A stretch of 64,000 nucleotides of DNA from Sphaerodactylus townsendi (lineage: Eukaryota). Shown here in pieces: positions 61,802 to 64,000 of this stretch. The notes beneath the pieces are model-generated. The model did not search any database. It was not told the origin of the DNA and was given only the letters and a program-made list of their open reading frames with translations. The number at the start of each line of letters is the position of its first letter. The stretch's first letter is position 1. The stretch covers positions 2,976,001-3,040,000 of the forward strand of contig NC_059438.1 in NCBI RefSeq assembly GCF_021028975.2, read 5' to 3'. A program made the position numbers and the translations under genes.

Positions 61802-62084
61802 GAGAGCCAGCATAGCGTAGTGGTTAAGAGCAATCTGGAGAGCCAGTTTGATTCCCCACTCCTCCATATAAGCAGCGGACTCTTACCTGGGCAACTGGAT
61901 TTGCTTCCTTCTCCTACACATGAAGCCTGTTGGGTGACCTTTGTCTAGTCACAGTCCTTTCAGAACACTCTCAGCCCCACCTACCTACCAGGTGTGTTTT
62001 GTGGGAAGGGGAGTCAAAGGTGTTTGTAAACCACTTCGAGGCTCCTGACAGAAAAATGGAATGTCAATTCAATCTCTTCTCTTC
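61802..62084 (+). mobile_element. Squam3-type SINE
   Basis: GAGAGCCAGCATAGCGTAGTGGTTAAGAGC head, core and CT tail. Confidence 0.88.
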
Positions 62085-62197
62085 TTTATTTCAGCCATGT
62101 TTACAAGCACTAAGGTATGGAATATATGTTGCCTTATGTAGCACAATTTCATAAGTTCTTGGAGGTAACCAGGGCCAGCCCAGGATAGTACTGGGCT

Positions 62198-62476
62198 GTG
62201 ATGGCCACTAACCTGGATAGCTTTAAAAGGGGCTTGGACAGATTTATGGAGGAGAAGTCGATTTATGGCTACCAATCTTGATCCTCTTTGATCTGAGATT
62301 GCAAATGTCTTAACAGTCCAGGTGCCCGGGAGCAACAGCCGCAGAAGGCCATTGCTTTCACCTCCTGCATGTGAGCTCCCAAAGGCACCTGGTGGGCCAC
62401 TGCGAGTAGCAGAGAGCTTGACTAGATGGACTCTGGTCTGATCCAGCTGGCTTGTTCTTATGTTCTTATGTTCTTA
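62198..62476 (+). mobile_element. CR1 3' end inserted into a 5S-derived SINE relic (62155-62590)
   Basis: Near-identical to 34934-35207; (TTCTTATG)n tail; 5S-like CCAGGATAGTACT on the left and GCCTTGAAAACC tail on the right. Confidence 0.92.
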
Positions 62477-62785
62477 CTCGGGAAGGAAGACTGGGGCTGC
62501 TATGCACCCAGGCTGGCAGTGGAACACTGCCTCTGAATGTCTATTGCCTTGAAAACCTTCAAGGGGTGCCATATGTGATGTGAAAGCCAAAAAAAAAGTG
62601 ATTTTGAACTTCTTGTCCATACTCTTTCAATCCTCTAAATCTTCATTTTTTTTTTCTTCTTTGTGCAACTGAAACCCATGAGTCTCCATTTTGGTTCATT
62701 CTCTATTTCCTTGGACTGAATTTTCTTCTTAAAATATGCAAAATGTCCAGTTTATGTTTGCATTAATGAATCACCACTACATACA

Positions 62786-63160
62786 GGAGCAGCGGTAGCG
62801 TAGTCATTAAGAGCAGGTGTACTCTAACCTGGAGGAACCAGGTTTGATTCTCCACTCTGCCACCTGAACTGTGGAGACTTATCTGGGGAATTCAGATTAG
62901 CCTGTACACTACAACACACACTGGCTAGGTGACCTTGGGCTAGTCACAGCTCTTCTGAGCTCTCTCAGCCCCACCTACCTCACAGGGTGTTTGTTGTGAG
63001 GGGGAAAGGGAAAGGAGTTTGTAAGCCCCTTTGAGCCTCCTATAGGAGAGAAATGGGGGTATAAATCCAACTCTTCTTCTTCTTCTTCTTCTTCTTCTTC
63101 TTCTTCTTCTTCTTCTTCTTCTTCTTCTTCTTCTTCTTCTTCTTCTTCTTCTTCTTCTTC
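62786..63160 (+). mobile_element. Squam3-type SINE subfamily with expanded (TCT)n tail
   Basis: GGAGCAGCGGTAGCGTAG head; GGTGACCTTGGGCTAGTCAC core; ~30 TCT units at 63072-63160. Confidence 0.9.
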
Positions 63161-64000
63161 ATAAATAACATATAATGTACATATAAATGGTACATAAAGA
63201 ATAATAAAATATGCATTGGTAATATAAACAAATCTAGGAGTAAAAGTAAACAATTGAATATATTGATGGAAATATAAATCAATAGAAAGAGAAACAAAGC
63301 AAATAACACAAACTCAGGTGGAGGAATCAGATAGACTTGGGATACAAATTACAGTGCAATCCCAAACAGAGTTATACTCTTTCAAACTTATTGAAATCTA
63401 TAGGTTTAGAAGATTATAACTCCGCTTAGTGTAAAGCAAGTAGTTATGTCACAATTGTATGCCTATGTTCTTTTGTGGGGAGATATGCAGCTACTGTTGA
63501 TCAACCCTCAGAAGCTATATACATCTCCTGAGGGGTTCCCCTCCTCACTTGGGATTGCTAAACAATGAAACAGTTAACCACCTAATGGACTCCAAAGCAT
63601 TGCAAGCAATGTATTCTTGGATAATGATATTTTCAGATTTGTGGCCAGTCCACCAAATAGGGTTACCAATTTGCCTTCTTCCTGAGTCTTCCTCCCCTTC
63701 ACCCCCAAAAAGATGCATGTTTAATCTTGGTTAAGAATCCCAGTTTCTCGGAAGGAAGTGACAGCCAGTGTATTTGGATACCCACAGTTAGATGTCATAT
63801 CTAATTGAAATTGTTTTGCTGGCCTCATCTTTGATCTTAGGACACTGTAAGAGGAGGAGAAGAAGGAAAAATTGTGCAAGTCTGGCATTCTACTAGACTC
63901 ACACCCGTCAAGAGCAACCTGAGATTTTTTTCTGACATCTGAAGTGAGTCAAAGGAAATTTAGCCAAAATTTCCCCATCATTGATTATTCCTATGGCTTG

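Noticed and set aside
62975-63309. Poly-Glu and poly-Lys ORFs
   Set aside because: Translation of the (TCT)n SINE tail.

Overview
Vertebrate non-coding DNA, most likely a squamate and probably a gecko (inferred from Squam3-type and 5S/Sauria-type SINEs plus lizard-type CR1/L2 LINEs). I cannot support any host protein-coding gene, RNA gene or CRISPR array. The ORF track is explained by LINE relics, GC-rich MITEs, microsatellites and two N gaps. The window looks like a very long intron or gene desert, with several repeat-free, motif-rich blocks (candidate conserved non-coding elements) and many transposons: at least 12 PIF/Harbinger-type MITEs (most with 3-bp TSDs), hAT MITEs with 8-bp TSDs (two identical 148-bp palindromes 51 kb apart), a Tc2/pogo-type deletion derivative, and CR1, L2, L1, RTE-X-like and Penelope-like fragments. 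No novel multi-gene system is evident. The best leads are (1) a ~119-bp module with a CTCF-like motif shared by non-autonomous transposons of different superfamilies, (2) 5' splice-donor motifs conserved in the Harbinger MITEs, (3) an old ~215-bp palindrome beside a CNE-like block, and (4) a candidate recursive splice site on the minus strand. Family names come from recognition, not database searches, and the ends of degenerate repeats are approximate.
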